Below are positions 1-13,625 of a stretch of DNA of 64,000 bases, piece by piece. Positions within the stretch are counted from its first letter, which is position 1. Each line of letters begins with the position of its first letter. The stretch lies in NCBI GenBank assembly GCA_047495785.1, contig JBLDXI010000012.1, positions 744,001-808,000 of the forward strand. Direction: 5' to 3'. A program made the translations under genes and the position numbers. The notes beneath the pieces were generated by a model. That model did no database searches, was not told the origin of the DNA, and worked only from the letters and a program-made list of their open reading frames with translations. This DNA comes from Lepidodermella squamata. Its lineage: Eukaryota > Animalia > Gastrotricha.

Positions 1-1050
1 TAGAGCAGCTAAAACATGGCTACAAAAATATGGCTAATGATATGAATTTTCAAACTTCAAGATTTTATTTTGCTTCCGAATAATAAATTAAAACAAAAAA
101 CCTAACAAATCCTTTTCTGAAGGTATGCGAACCCAACCATGCGAATCCTGTTTAGAAGAACGTCTTGCCGTGTATCGAGTATTCATAGAAAGAGGCGTGT
201 TAGATGCTAAAGCAATTAGGTTATTTAAGCGTCCCATTTCGTTCATTATTGTTCATTATTTTAAATGCAAAATTTCAGGATTTACCGATTATGAAAGACA
301 CAGCTGTGAGCTGCGGATGAGATCTGAGATAATGCACTAATGTTTTCCAGGCGTCAGCGGCATAATCAAGCTCGCTTGAGTTTTCTGCAATTCGCATAAA
401 TCTCATAATGTCTCATAACCAGAATATCCAGATAATAGCCGTATCGTGTAGTAGTTTACCTTTAATGCTGCTGTGATTTGATATGGGCAGGTCCCGGGTT
501 ACCGGGGACTGCTGTTAGTCGGCAGACCCCCTCCCCGTTTTTCTCTGTTTGTCCTTGACGCCCGCGGCAAATGCCGTTCGTTTCATTTACATTCTTCAAA
601 ATTTGTTAAACGTTAGTTGAGTAATATAAAAATTGAATAAAAATTTAAAGTGACCTTGACAATTTTATTTTCAATTTTTTGGCGCGTGACTTCAGGTTTC
701 CCGTCAGGCTATACCGACCTGTCGAATTAATGCGTGAAAATTTGTCAGGATTCAGTTGACGATTCAGGATTAGTGAATATCGAAAAACTAGCATGATATT
801 GCATTCAGAAATGGAACAGTTACATTAATAAGTTGATACTATTTTGCTTTGCGGAGCAACCCAGCTGCGTACAAATGTCTGCCTAATTTCGGAAGTGCGC
901 CAAAATATCGGTATCGGTGTAGTGCGCGCACTTGCGCGATAATTAGCAGACCATCAGACGCACACGCAGAATGGTCGTAATGATCGTGTGGCAAATGGAA
1001 GTGCGTAAGTAAGAAGTGTGTAGGATTGATTGATGGACAATTTTAGTCAG

Positions 1051-2362
1051 ACGTTATTCTTCGCTGCCAATGACCGCAACATTGGGTGAACAGAATTATT
1101 CCGCAACCATAAGCTTGACACCTCGCTGGAAAAATCAGTCAGATGTTGCCTTCCAATTGGAGAGTTCAAATATTAGCAGAAAATCGATTAACATTGGTAC
1201 ATTGATTGAAACATTGGTTGTTGATGGTTTATAGTCATGTTTAAGAAAAACACATTTGCTTTACGCGCACTTGCTTCGCAGTGCGACGTAATGGGCAGGT
1301 CCCAATTATTTTCCCTTCTGGTATCTGGGATCCTGAACTGGTGATCATTTGAACCTATGGTGATCATTTGAACAGTGGGACTGTTTACATGCTCGCTTTC
1401 GCTCGCATATGTAAACAGTCCCAAAGCTTCTCCATATGATGAACATTTATCAGTCTTATTTTCTGTCATTTTTACCATCCACTTTCCCCCTCGCATTAGC
1501 AGTGTCGCCTATAATCTTCATAGTCGTTTATCGTTTATCGTATGATCGTTTCCATCTTTTATATCCCCTGTTTTCCTAACAAAAGTAATAATGATAGTTT
1601 TTCAAGAGTTAAAGAAAATCGGCTTAGCCACAGCCGAGTCGAGATACCTCAGAATAACGCAAAATTCCTTACCAACCGTAGATATAAACGATGGCCATAT
1701 CCCATATCGTGCCTTTACTATTTTTTGCTCTTCATTTTGTTTTAAAATAATATGCGACGATATACAAACGTTTACATGGGCAGTAAGTCATTTGAAAGGG
1801 CATGATAACCGCGCTCGTATAGCTCCGCTATTCCCGCATAGACATAATTTAAGATAGACTGACTACCCCTTTCATTCCCTTCATACACCAATGTAAATCC
1901 CATGTACAGATTGCAATGCTTCTTACCGACTCGTTTGAACGAATCTGCATGAAGAATGAAAATAACAAAATTTTCTTAATCTTCGCGTTATATTAGCATT
2001 GATTTTTTGATACAAGCCTCCAGTCAACAGATTGCGTATAGCTTGAAGTTAAAGTTGGTCTTGCAGAGAATTCCCGATAAAATAGTGATTGTGCCATCTG
2101 AGCAGTAAAACATTGCTTGACTTTCTAACAGAATCAACCACACTGTTAAATTATACAAAGATAATCTGTCACCACAACGTTTTTATTCGCTGCCGATGAT
2201 AGTAACATTAGGTAAACAATAATTATTCCGCAACCATTTACGTCTTACACCTTGCAACTCGCTATAGAAAATAATAGAGTGTCACCTGTTGCCTTTCTAA
2301 CTGAAGAATTCGAATGTTAGCCGACAGAAAATCGATCAATAAAATAGAAACATTGTTGAAAC
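1051..2362 (+). repeat. Two diverged direct copies of a ~170-bp dispersed repeat (~1051-1215 and ~2178-2362)
   Basis: Shared blocks in the same order: ttcgctgcc(a/g)atga...aacatt(g/a)ggt(g/a)aaca, aattattccgcaaccat, tgttgcctt, cagaaaatcgat, ttgaaacatt. Confidence 0.6.
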
Positions 2363-3223
2363 ATTACTTTTTGAGAGTTCTGTATATTTGTCGTATCGTA
2401 TAACGCAATTTCTCCCAATAGCCGACTGAGATATCCCAATGAGCAATCCGAATTGTTCCCAACGTCATTTTCAGCTATTTTAAACAGTTTTTTTTTAATT
2501 TGGAAACCAAGCAAGATTGCAGAATAGCCCTTCGCCTATCTAGCAGAGCCCATTTTCCCTAATAACTTGTTCCGTAACTGCGTGTTCTATGAGTTATTAA
2601 AAAGCTAGCATATTTTCACTGTAACATTCTTCTGGCCTTCTAGGTCCATTTAAACTCTTTATTAATCAATTTGCAGACCAATCGATAGGGCTTTTCGGGC
2701 TCTTTAATATGATGTGATACATTATAATTCAATAACCTGAAGGCTGATGAAAACAATAGGCAAAAAGCAACTTTCGGATTGCTCATTGAGACATCTCTAT
2801 TGCCAATACAATATACAATACTACATATTAATTATTACGAAACACATGCGAACTTGTCCAATGCATTACAATGATGAAACATTTATCAGCCTCAATTCTA
2901 CCATTCACTTACTAAAATTTGGTCACATTTTGACATATTCTGTTATTCGTAAGGTTGAGCCATTTACCACCAAATTTTTGAAAGTAATATCCTATCAAAG
3001 TCGTTCCCAGAGACTTTGAGTCCCAGACCTTACGACAGACCTTGGGAAGAAGACTGCTTAGGAAGATTCTTGATTTCGTTTCGAAATGTAAAATCGATGC
3101 GCTTGGTCCAGGTTCGGACGAAATGATATGTTCGAATGATCGCCAGTTCAGGATCCCATTTCCAGGAGGAAAAATAATTGGGACCTGCCCATTACGTCGC
3201 ACTGCGAAGCAAGTGCGCGTAAG
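1261..3223. repeat. Diverged ~95-bp inverted repeat pair (~1261-1358 and ~3128-3223), possible MITE/DNA-transposon relic
   Basis: ttacgcgcacttgcttcgcagtgcgacgtaatgggcaggtcccaattatttt at 1261 is the reverse complement of aaaataattgggacctgcccattacgtcgcactgcgaagcaagtgcgcgtaa ending ~3222. The core atgggcaggtccc recurs at ~483. Confidence 0.6.
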
Positions 3224-4507
3224 ACAATTTCGACGAGGCTTGAGCGAGTTCGGACGGCATTGCAGCCTGGCACCCACGGTCTTATCTTAAAATTGAAGAT
3301 TTGACGGCACCAAAGAATCCACGGCCCGCAATGGTTGAAAATCTTCTAAAATCACGTGAACCCAATACCGGGGCAAGCATTCCAGGGCCCCAGGGAACAC
3401 GCAGGGCGCCAGGGCGCATCAGGGCGGGGTACGCCACGCATGGTGAAATGCACTGCGACAAAACCCAGGCACTTGATTCCGCACCAAAGCATTAAAAAAT
3501 GTTAAAATATATTATAAATAATTTTTGATAATACGTTTGATTAAAATTTTGAGGAACATTTTGATCAGCTGATGTCCTTCACCAACCCGCATAAAGAAGC
3601 TATGCGAAAGTTGGGACTTGGCCCGAGGTTGTTGGGTGCTCGAAAGCGGTAACCTGGCCGGCTTCGACTGGTGGTCACGAGTGTCACGCGTCGTGTGAAT
3701 TTTAGCATTTGCTAGAAATAAAGTTTTTTCGTGACTTCGAAACAACGTGAGACTTGCGATAGCTCAAATTACTTACTTACTATGAAATCAGATTCAGGGT
3801 TCAGCTCATAAGCATTATAGACATTCCCAGTGTTGTAGGCGGACAAGTGAAATGACTTTGTACTCTAGTTTTATCCGAGTTTATCTGTACTGTGGATTTA
3901 TCCTGTGTGCAATTCAGCTAGTTATTTTCGCCTCGTCTAGGTAGACCAACATCTAGAATTGCACTTTGCGATGAATCCTGCAGTCGCACACATATATCTT
4001 TGAAATATCTCCTCTAGATATCCTAACCCTTTAGTCGTTGAGATTTAGGATTACATCTATGAACGATAAAACTCCAGCTATCCATCGCCAAATGCTCCTA
4101 GAATGTACTTGAGAAACTCCTATCCACCTTTATAGTTGAAGTTCTCGTTCGCAGTCGCTTTTGGCTGATTTCCATTTTTCCCTCCGGCGCTTGGACGGTG
4201 CAATTTTTTACCCAATATTCTCCTTGAAATTGAATTTCATCGTTTATAATCTTTATTTATTGATCTTGCTATATTTTTATAAGCTGCAATCACGAGCGCC
4301 CTACTTATTATATTCATCCATTTTTCATCTGAGAAAGGAGCTAAACGTGTGGTTGAGGATTGAGGATTAGATGAAAGTGTTAGAGACAATGCGACATTGT
4401 TGAGATTTCTTGCTTTTCCGAAAAGAAATGCATAATCGATTTTTTCAAGTTTAGAATCGGTTATTATGATTTGATGTGCTCTCAAAAGTAGTAAAATGAG
4501 CAAAGAC

Positions 4508-6165
4508 ATGACTGCGATAAAGGATGCAGTTTTCTCACATGGCGATTTGATTGCCAGATCTGCTAGCGTTCCTATGGTTAATGAAGAAAAGTCCGCTCCG
4601 ACAGCTATACCCGCTACAGAAGTACCAATGATTGATCAGTAAGTTAACATTATGCCAATTTCTGGTTATCACATCGGGTTACAGTTTAAATAGCATCAAA
4701 CCACTGGATATTTGTAATTCGAGGATACGCCGCTTCTCTTCAGGCAGCATGATAATGTCTGTTTCATCGCCTAAGGTAAAAAAGCTCAAATTATTGATAA
4801 TTTTAGTTTCTTATTGTCTTTTTTTATTTATTCCAGCTCTCGCGCCTGTCGCCTGCTCGGTTAGAGCAGATAAAATACGAAGAGCTAGATGCATTTGTGA
4901 TGCAAGAAATAGCCCACGAGCGCGCTACATGTTCTAACTTGGCTACTTGTTCGAATCTAGCTCAGTTGATGTCAAAAGATTGGTCGATGGTAAGTTATGC
5001 ATTTTCCCTGTAGTCACTAAACATTCGAGGCACGCAACTCCGTTGTGTGGTGTGTTAAAAAGTAGCAAAATAAGAAATAAGCCGGCATGACGTGAGCTGG
5101 TTTTTCCCCACATAATTATATTACCCACTCCTTACAGGGTGACGTCGAAACTTCTAGCGATGCATCGTCTTCTACTGAGTCTTCATCTGTAGCGGCCGCA
5201 TCAAGTCTCTCATCAGGCATTCAAACGAGCGGCGGCGTTTCTCCAACTGTCGCTAAGGTACGTATATATACATTTGCCTGTTCACACTCTTATATAGTAG
5301 TACTTCGTATTACAATATGCGTGTGTGTGTATGTGTGCGCACCTACGAAAATAAAATTATGTGTATTTTTCCTCATTTTCAATGCTTTAGCAATTTCCAT
5401 CGCCATTATCAGTGCTATCACCTAGTCCGCCGCCATACTCATATGCGGCCTCGTCGGTGCCCAGGTTAGTTATACATCGTTTATAATTTCGAGTCATCGT
5501 CAAATTACCGGTGCTTTTGAAACAGCCGGATCCGTGCGGCTAACCGCTGCCACAAGCGTTCTCACAGTCCAAAAGTCGCGCCTGCTTTCACATTTTCGTC
5601 CGCTAATGCGTCGCCTGCCAGCAGCACGGCGAGCGGCGGGACGAATTCTCCGACCACGCTAACTCCTCATCACTCTGGGGCTTTCCCTTCTCTCATCCGG
5701 CCATCTTCTCTGCGAGGATCTGCTACGAAACGGAGGTTCGATGGTCCGTCGCTTTTCTATCACCACACAACTCCTTCGGCGTCAATCGGCCGGAGCGATC
5801 CAGACTCGCCATCGCCTTTCCGTAAAAGCAATTTATTAGTCACGGCGATAGCTGCGTCTAATAACAACGCAACAGAAGCGAATGCTCAGCAAGTCAATAA
5901 GGCAAGCGATATCGAAGCCGATTGCCAGCCGGCGAAAATCAAGCGGCCTAGCTCATTTGTATCTGACGCATGCAGTAGCAGGTTAGTTGCAGCTTCGCTC
6001 AGTAGATTGGACTGATTAAAGATGTTGTTTTCTAGCATGTCCGAAACCGAGTCGCCATGCAGCACGCCGGCAAGCTCAACGCCGCAAAGTCAAACATCGC
6101 TTTTGAACAGCAAAGATGTTATGAATGAGCCTGCAACCACGAACCCGGCAACAAGTGATGCGTGA
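4508..6165 (+). CDS. FAM122/PABIR family protein (PP2A-B55 inhibitor-like), multi-exon
   Basis: Manual splicing gives LIARSASVPMV (cf. FAM122A LRRSNSAPLI), RLEQIKYEELDAFVMQEIAHERA (cf. RLHQIKQEEGMDLINRETVHERE) and LIRPSSLRGSATKRR (cf. CIRPSVLGPLKRK). ATG at 4508, TGA at 6163-6165, GT-AG introns. Not captured by the ORF track. Confidence 0.75.
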
Positions 6166-9100
6166 CTCGAACTTTCCCCTCAACGTTCTCTTTCTCTCTT
6201 GCGCCCCTCGAATACGAATTCTCTTTCTCTCTTGTACTAACAGCTACATTATTTTCTCTTGTTCGACGACAGTGAACTGACTGAAAGCCTTTCCTTTGCG
6301 ATAATTACAATAATATTAATAATATTTCCATATATTACAACGTTGTAATTTGCTCTACTATAATCTATTCTGTTTACCTTACCAAATTATTGTGTAATTC
6401 GCGTAATCTTTCTCGTGTTTTATTTTTGCTCGAGTATATTGAGAAGCAAAAAACAGTTGGGTGTGTGTGTTTGTGTGTGCATATGTGTGGGCTAGTATTG
6501 CGCGTGTATCGGCTCAACGAAGGAAAAAACCGGCTCCGATCGATGAAAAGAGCTGGCTTTATATTATAAGTGATGCACGGCTAACACAATAATAATAGCA
6601 ATCTATCATCATTTCACGTGAATCAAGGTGAAATGCCAGATCAGAATTCATCCTCGGCGTCGTCATCTTGCTACAGTCGCGCTTTCGAAGCAGCATAGTA
6701 AAAAAAAGAAATTTCAGTTTGTGGTTACGGATTACTCGAAACTTCTATCTGTTTGAGTTGAAAGCACATCTCAAAATGAGAAATTTTGCATTCACAATGC
6801 AACCAAGTCTGGGTGCCGTTTAATTTGCTTTCCGTTTCTGTTACGCCGTTTTTTATCAAAATGTTGTAAAAAAAATGTATTCTATGTACCAATATTATCA
6901 CATCGGGTCAGCGAGTTCGACACGTTTAATACTAAAAAAAAGTAATATAATTTTGTGTGTAAATCATCGATATCTTTTTTCGAGCTGTCAGTTCTAGCAC
7001 CGGCGAGATAAATTGTGCCCAGTCATAATTCGATTCAGATTGACTGCAAGACTGAAGATGGATTGATTTACGAAACTGCACTTCCCTTCCTGGACAGCTA
7101 GCTACCAGTTCCTTTCATTTTTACTCGAATGTAGCGAGAAATGTAGCTTATTACTGTTGTCAAAATTGCAGAAGTTGGCTGTGGGACCGCGTCGATAATT
7201 TGTGTGTGTCTGAATTCTTTCAACTCATCAAATCGGCATGACGATCTCTAGCTGAAAGATGGATGAAATATTGCTCTTTTCTTTAAGTCCTGATGATCAC
7301 CATTCTTCGAAGTGCTAAAAATAAACTTCTATTTCTAACAAGGTCTTATTTTAGAACTTCACGTTGATGATAATTATATATAAATATATTGAATATATAT
7401 ATTTAATATTCGTTATTGGTTTATGATAAGTTTTGTTGGCCGCCCCACTTCGACGATCCTTTTATTTTGTTGTATGATTTCTATCTCGCAAGGATCTGTT
7501 CACCCACGAATTCAGCGATGCGTCGGACATCTTGCTTACCGAAATTCTACACCAAGTTGAGAGTCAACAGCGCCCATTTTTATCGCATTGTTTTTGTATG
7601 TCTTTAAAATGGGCCTGCGTTGATGCTATGCGCCGCGTTTTTATATATTTACGGTAGCGTTTATTGTAACAAAAAGCCACCTGAAATACGAATATCACTT
7701 GAAATCTTTCTTCCGCGGACGCTTTTATTAAAACTTAAATTTTGTTTGTGTTCTTCTCTCCTATAAAAATTGTATTATAATATTTGAAAAATGCAACTAC
7801 TAAATTTCGAATGAAATGATGATAACTTTATTCGAACTCTATCGACAGTGATAATGTTTACCTGTTGATATTGATTATTATGTTAATATCGGTGTGGGAA
7901 GAGCCAGGGAAACAGTAAAAAATGGTGGTTTCTCAGCAAATGCGACTTTTTTCATTTCCATATGCTATATTTTCCGAGTTTTTCAGGATTATGAAGTAAA
8001 TTGAGTGAGCAAGAAGCTTCTAATCGTTTTAGCTTAGGAAAAGGAAGAGGAAAACCTGGTGAAAATGGTGGTGACAAGTGGCAGCGAGGTGAGTGGCCTT
8101 GAGTGACGCTCTGGCGCGTTTTTTTCGTCCTCGGCACTTCTTAACTTGTGTACGCCCCTCGTTGAAGTAATTAGTGCGCGTGTATTGTGGCTGCGTGCGA
8201 TGACAGACGCGCAATAAAGCGCACTCGCAAACACGGCGACGATCAGATGGCTGCTTTTTTCAAATAACCATGATATTTGTTATTTTGCGCGGTAATATTA
8301 CTAGAAATGATTATAATAACAGCGTCTGCGTGGAACGGCAGCGGCGCTATCATGGGCCGTGGCACCTTTTTGCGGCTGAAAGCTATATACCTGCTTGCTA
8401 CCTGGGCCATGTAATAGAGGAAGGCCGGCCCTCTGTATTTATCGTCCGACCGCAGTTGTAATAATGTGTATTGCAGGCTTCAGTAACATTAGGCCGAATT
8501 TTATTGTAGGTATTTAGTTGTAGGCGAGCGCGGGGACAATGTCGTTTATATACTATATATATCCACTAGAAAATTGGGGTGGTCACGTCTGTCTGTTTGA
8601 CAGATACGCCCAACTTGCATTGCATTCATATGTGAGAGCGTTCTTTTTCGTCGCCGGCGTGAGCTTTGCTTAGCCGGCGGCCGAAAGAAGGCCCTCTCCT
8701 GCCTCATGATCGGCCAACGAGAGGCAGGTGGCGGATTTCTACTATCCCGCAACACTGCCGCAACTACTAAAACACGCGGAAATGCGCTCACATAATCATA
8801 TACCTGCTGCATGTATAAATAAATTATGCAAAAATTAGGATTTACTTGTTTTACAAACAAAGTGCACAAGTCGTCGTTTTCTTTTCTCTCACCCGGGCGG
8901 CAACTGGTACGAAGGTCAGCCGGCGTTGGCCATTTTCGCCATTAAAATTAATCAGCCTATTTTCCGCCCCTACAACCTGTGTTTATTTATTTACCTGCAC
9001 AGATCGTGTTCAAGACGCGCGTTTCGCAAGCAAACTTTTTCTCATATATTCTATATGTACATTTGCTAGTTCTTCTTAAAAACAAACCTGAAATACGCAA

Positions 9101-12100
9101 TGTTTCCTGTAGCGTATTTGTGACCGTGTGTATTTTTGACGGTAATTATTACCTACTGCTATTGACCAACGGCCAGCGATGAGTTTACCTTCTCTCGATT
9201 AATGACAAATTTTTGCGCGCGAGTCACGACATTTTTCGCGTGTTGCTAATTAGCCGCGCTAGGTATTTACGCCCGGTGGGAGGCTGCGATGCTAGCTTTG
9301 TTGCAAGTTTCGGCCGCCAAACTGCTCCCATTCGGATTTAGCCAGGCGTGCGATGTATTACTATATTATTATTATTTTTGTATTTTTCATTTTCTAGTTA
9401 TATAAACAGAATTTTATTAAGTGGTCGCCTTATTTGTCCCCGTTTCGCATTATTTTATTACGCCGAGACGCCCGAGCGCCGCGCCCGGTGTGTTGTCGAT
9501 CACTTGTCGTCGTGAAAAGCGCCTTTTTAGCCGCAATAACAAAGAGAGGGCCAGCAGTCGCGAGAAAAACAGATAAGATAGTTGTAAAAGTACAGCAGTA
9601 AATGCTGCAAATACTCAGCAGCATCATCACCGGCGTGCTGATGCTTGTTGTAGTAAACCACAAATAACGCCGTATTAGTTTATTGGTGTACGCATAATCT
9701 CAACATCATCCAAGAGTCATCCTCCTTTGACAAATGGCCTCACACATTCATGTCATCGTGTATGGGCGACGCTGACAAGGGTCCCTGGACGAGCCCACTG
9801 CGGTCCATTTTTCTCCCGCCAACTGCCTTAATAAACATTAACGCACTAGAGTATTTTTATTCAGCCCGCATTCTCGCTTACTTCTTACCTGTCAACAGTC
9901 GGATCCGAATAATTTTTTGGCCCCATTAATTATCATTCTAGATTTACACCCGACCACCATATTATGTGCTTGTTTATTAAAATTGTTCTCGTGTTTTTTT
10001 CCGAGGCTAATTATAAGTTATCTTCGTGCAAAACTCGTGTGAAATCTTGTACTGACTGCTTGTGAAGTTTTCAGCTCTCAGCTTTCATCTGGATGACATG
10101 GCCTTGGTACAAGAGCGGGAAAATCATATTAGGATTAGATTTCCAATTCTTACCGTTAAGAAAGTTCTTTCGAGTAGCATCTGTATTACCGAGCACTGTT
10201 TGTTTTTCAATGATTAACGATTGAGCATCGGTAAAAGCTATCATTTACAGAAAAGTAGTTTACTCCATTAGCTTAGGTTATTATTTATATTTAAAGTGTT
10301 AATTTGCCAATGTTTAGAATTCCGTAAAACGGTGTTTTAGCCGTGTTTATAGTGTTTTGTTTACAGTTTCGATTACTCATGTTTTCGCGTTGCACAAAAA
10401 TCGCGCATGCCTTTCATCTGAATAGCCCCATCATACACAAAAACTGTCTGTGTAATTTTTCATCCGAGGAAGAAGTTCTTGTAAACACGACGGTTAACCG
10501 GCAAAACTTGATGCTGTTTGTATAATGTGATGCGAGATGTATATTCACCTTACTGACTCGTATTTTGCGTTTTGTTTATTTCTTTTAATTTAATTGCGCT
10601 TAGAATATATCTCTTTTTAGCCACGTTCGATCGCGTTCATATACTACTCGCCGCTGAGAAAGAGAGAGAGCACGGCGCCAGCATGCCGGAGAAAACAACA
10701 ACACACAAGTCGTGCCGAGGCCTAAAATGCTGTTGTAGCGGAAAGCCGGGGCGGATGCTTGTTGAAAAGTTATTTTTGGTGCGTTTTTACACCGCGCAAT
10801 TAGCGTTCATGATATCGTATGCGCGCGTGGATGTGTGTTGTAGGGATTCTACAACAGCGTCTAGGTAAGCCGTTGTTCGCAACGTACTACACAAGCGATC
10901 CAAGGCCGATCAAAACTAGTTAGCTGTTTTGTAGCTATAATATCGGCGAGAAAGAGCGTGTATTGTGCGATAGCGATGACGGAACTCTTCAGCTTGTTCT
11001 TTTCACCGATACAGTCGGGTTTTTGCGGCCGCAGCCAACGGCCCGCGAAACAATAATAACACGGCCGCGCGGCCTTCACACGCGCCGATATATTCGATGA
11101 AATTATTATAAATAAGCGTAAGTATACATCATAAACTGTGTGCCATTCACGATGTTCGATTACTTGGACGGCGCATCGAACGCGCTTCTGCTATACCGGT
11201 CGGTATCACACCACCGCAGTAGTGTTCCGCGCCGGTTCATCGCCCTTCACTTTAGCCGCGCGATCGCCGCTCTATTAATATTAGGCGCGCCGGCGATTTC
11301 GCGCGTCACATTTTTAGCCACGGTTAATATTGAAAAGATAATAAAAAGCCATATCTACTCGCGGAGTATAATCATCGAATCATCATCATCAAGATCAGCA
11401 TCATCATCATCGTTGCCAACACTAGCCCTGCTTGTAAGATAGATTATCGCTATAATACAGAGCCGCGTGTACTACTATCATCGTCTGCGGTTGCCCTTTG
11501 TTGTTTCAGTATATATTGTTCTCTTGAAAGATAGGGAAATACTTTTTCCAACGCATACATAACTGCCATCATCGTTTTATTTTCATCGTATTATCAATAC
11601 ACAACGCTCATCTCAGCGAAATAAAGTGTATCGGCGAGCGATTTTTGCCGCGTCTCAACAGGCATTATTTATCTGCTCTTCAAAGTGCCCTTGCCAGCAT
11701 ACTTTCCACTGGTGCGAAAAATCGCTGCCGAATTGTGAATATTAATTTTTTATCCGATACAGTACATGGTTTTTTGGATCGCATTATTTACCCGGCCACA
11801 TATGGCTTTCCAATCGGCGAGGCTTTTATTATTTTATTGTTTATTCTAATTTTTTACGATTTGTTGTAGCTAGATAAGTCTGATTAGTTCTCGTAACCCA
11901 AAGTAAACACCAGAATTTTTTCATATTTTCATAGAATTTTCGTATAAAAATATCAAGTGCGTCGTTTCTACGCGAAAAGCCAAAAGAGATCGGCGCTGTA
12001 TCAAATAGTCTAATATTTGTACCTGATGCAGGGATCAAGTTTACTATTGCCCTACATTTTATTGTGGACTAGCTGGGATGAACCATTTGAGAGCAATGCT

Positions 12101-13625
12101 GGCGAATTTAGGCGTGATAATGCGCTCGTAATTACATTTCGCCGCGTATTTTTTCTGGTCTCATTTTTCCGCGAGTTTTCGCGCCTTGTCACACGATGTC
12201 GAAATAATGACGTTACATTTCGGCAGCCGGCGAGCGGCCCCGAACAATTACTTTGTCGGCATGATTTCACTGCAGAAAATGGCGTAAACTAATATTGCAT
12301 GTAAGCTCCGACTGACCCGTGTTACCCATCCCGTGAGATTTTTTCGCAACTCATTTTTATGTGTTGTATTATTATTTACTCTTAATATTTTCACACGATA
12401 TTATTTTAGCCTTAAGTAAAAATTTAATAACCGCTGTTGTTTGCGCGAGTTCATTCCGCCTTAAAACTGATCATTTTTATTTTTGCGCCATGTGAAAATT
12501 TGATTTTTATTAATGAATATTACAACCATAGTCGCTTTTTTCTTGCTGCTGTGACTGGCCACAAGTCATTCGGGGAAATCGATTAGAGCCGGCCGTGATT
12601 TTGTTGTCTAAACAAAACTGGTGAGAAAAGCCGTGTGTCACGAGCTATTATGCAAATTATATCACGGCGTCGTAGCATCACCTAATCTTTTACCTGTCCA
12701 CAATAATCAGCGCGATTTTTCGTCTTGCCACATATAAACATTTAATGCGCTACGAGTGTTTACATCGATAATCGACGCCAAAAACAATAAGAGTTTACAT
12801 ACCAGTATTTTAAATCGGCTGTTAAACCACTGCACACTGCTGTCAAGAGGCGGGACATAATCGACATCAATTTGGATGCGCGCGCGCGCGCTGGCGTCAA
12901 GATGGCCAGCAGTAAATCGCGCAATTTTGAAATGGAGCGCGTGATTACTTTGACACGCGGCGATTTATCCATCGGCTTCCGAAGAGGTCACGGCCCAAAT
13001 TATCCGCGCAGCCGCTCGGATTTGGCCGACTTACTTAGCCGCGACTGAGACTGCGCGCAGTTTTATTTGGCAGCACTTCGCCCCGCCGATTGACTAATTA
13101 GACGCGACACAGACTCGCACTCGGCCTTATTATCTCTGTTATTATTTACGACAATTGTTGTTTGTTATTATACTGGCCATTTCCTGCCTGCTGCTGTTGC
13201 GGCCATCATCCTGCGATGTCGCATAAAAGACGTTCTCGGCCGCGCACTTGGACCCGGCTTGTACCGCGTGTGTCGCGCCAGATCAAAATCAATTATTGCC
13301 TGAGGAATTTACGGCGCGCGCGCCCGCGATTTGTCGATGATTAAGCTTTACTTTTGCGACAAGCAACCTCTGTAACTTGCTAGAGCACGCCACGGCTCTA
13401 GAACAAATTATTGAGACACGCACGCATTCCGCGTTCTATCAAACAATATCCATGATTTCACTTGGCAAACACTTGATCTGAAAAATTTTCATCGACAAAA
13501 AAGCAAAATCTCGAACTTCCTCTCATTTATAGATGATTAGCGTTACATGAATTTGCCGATATTTTTTACGCAATTCTCTCTACCTGCTGATGCTGATGCT
13601 GTTGCTGCTATGAAAAATCGAAAAA

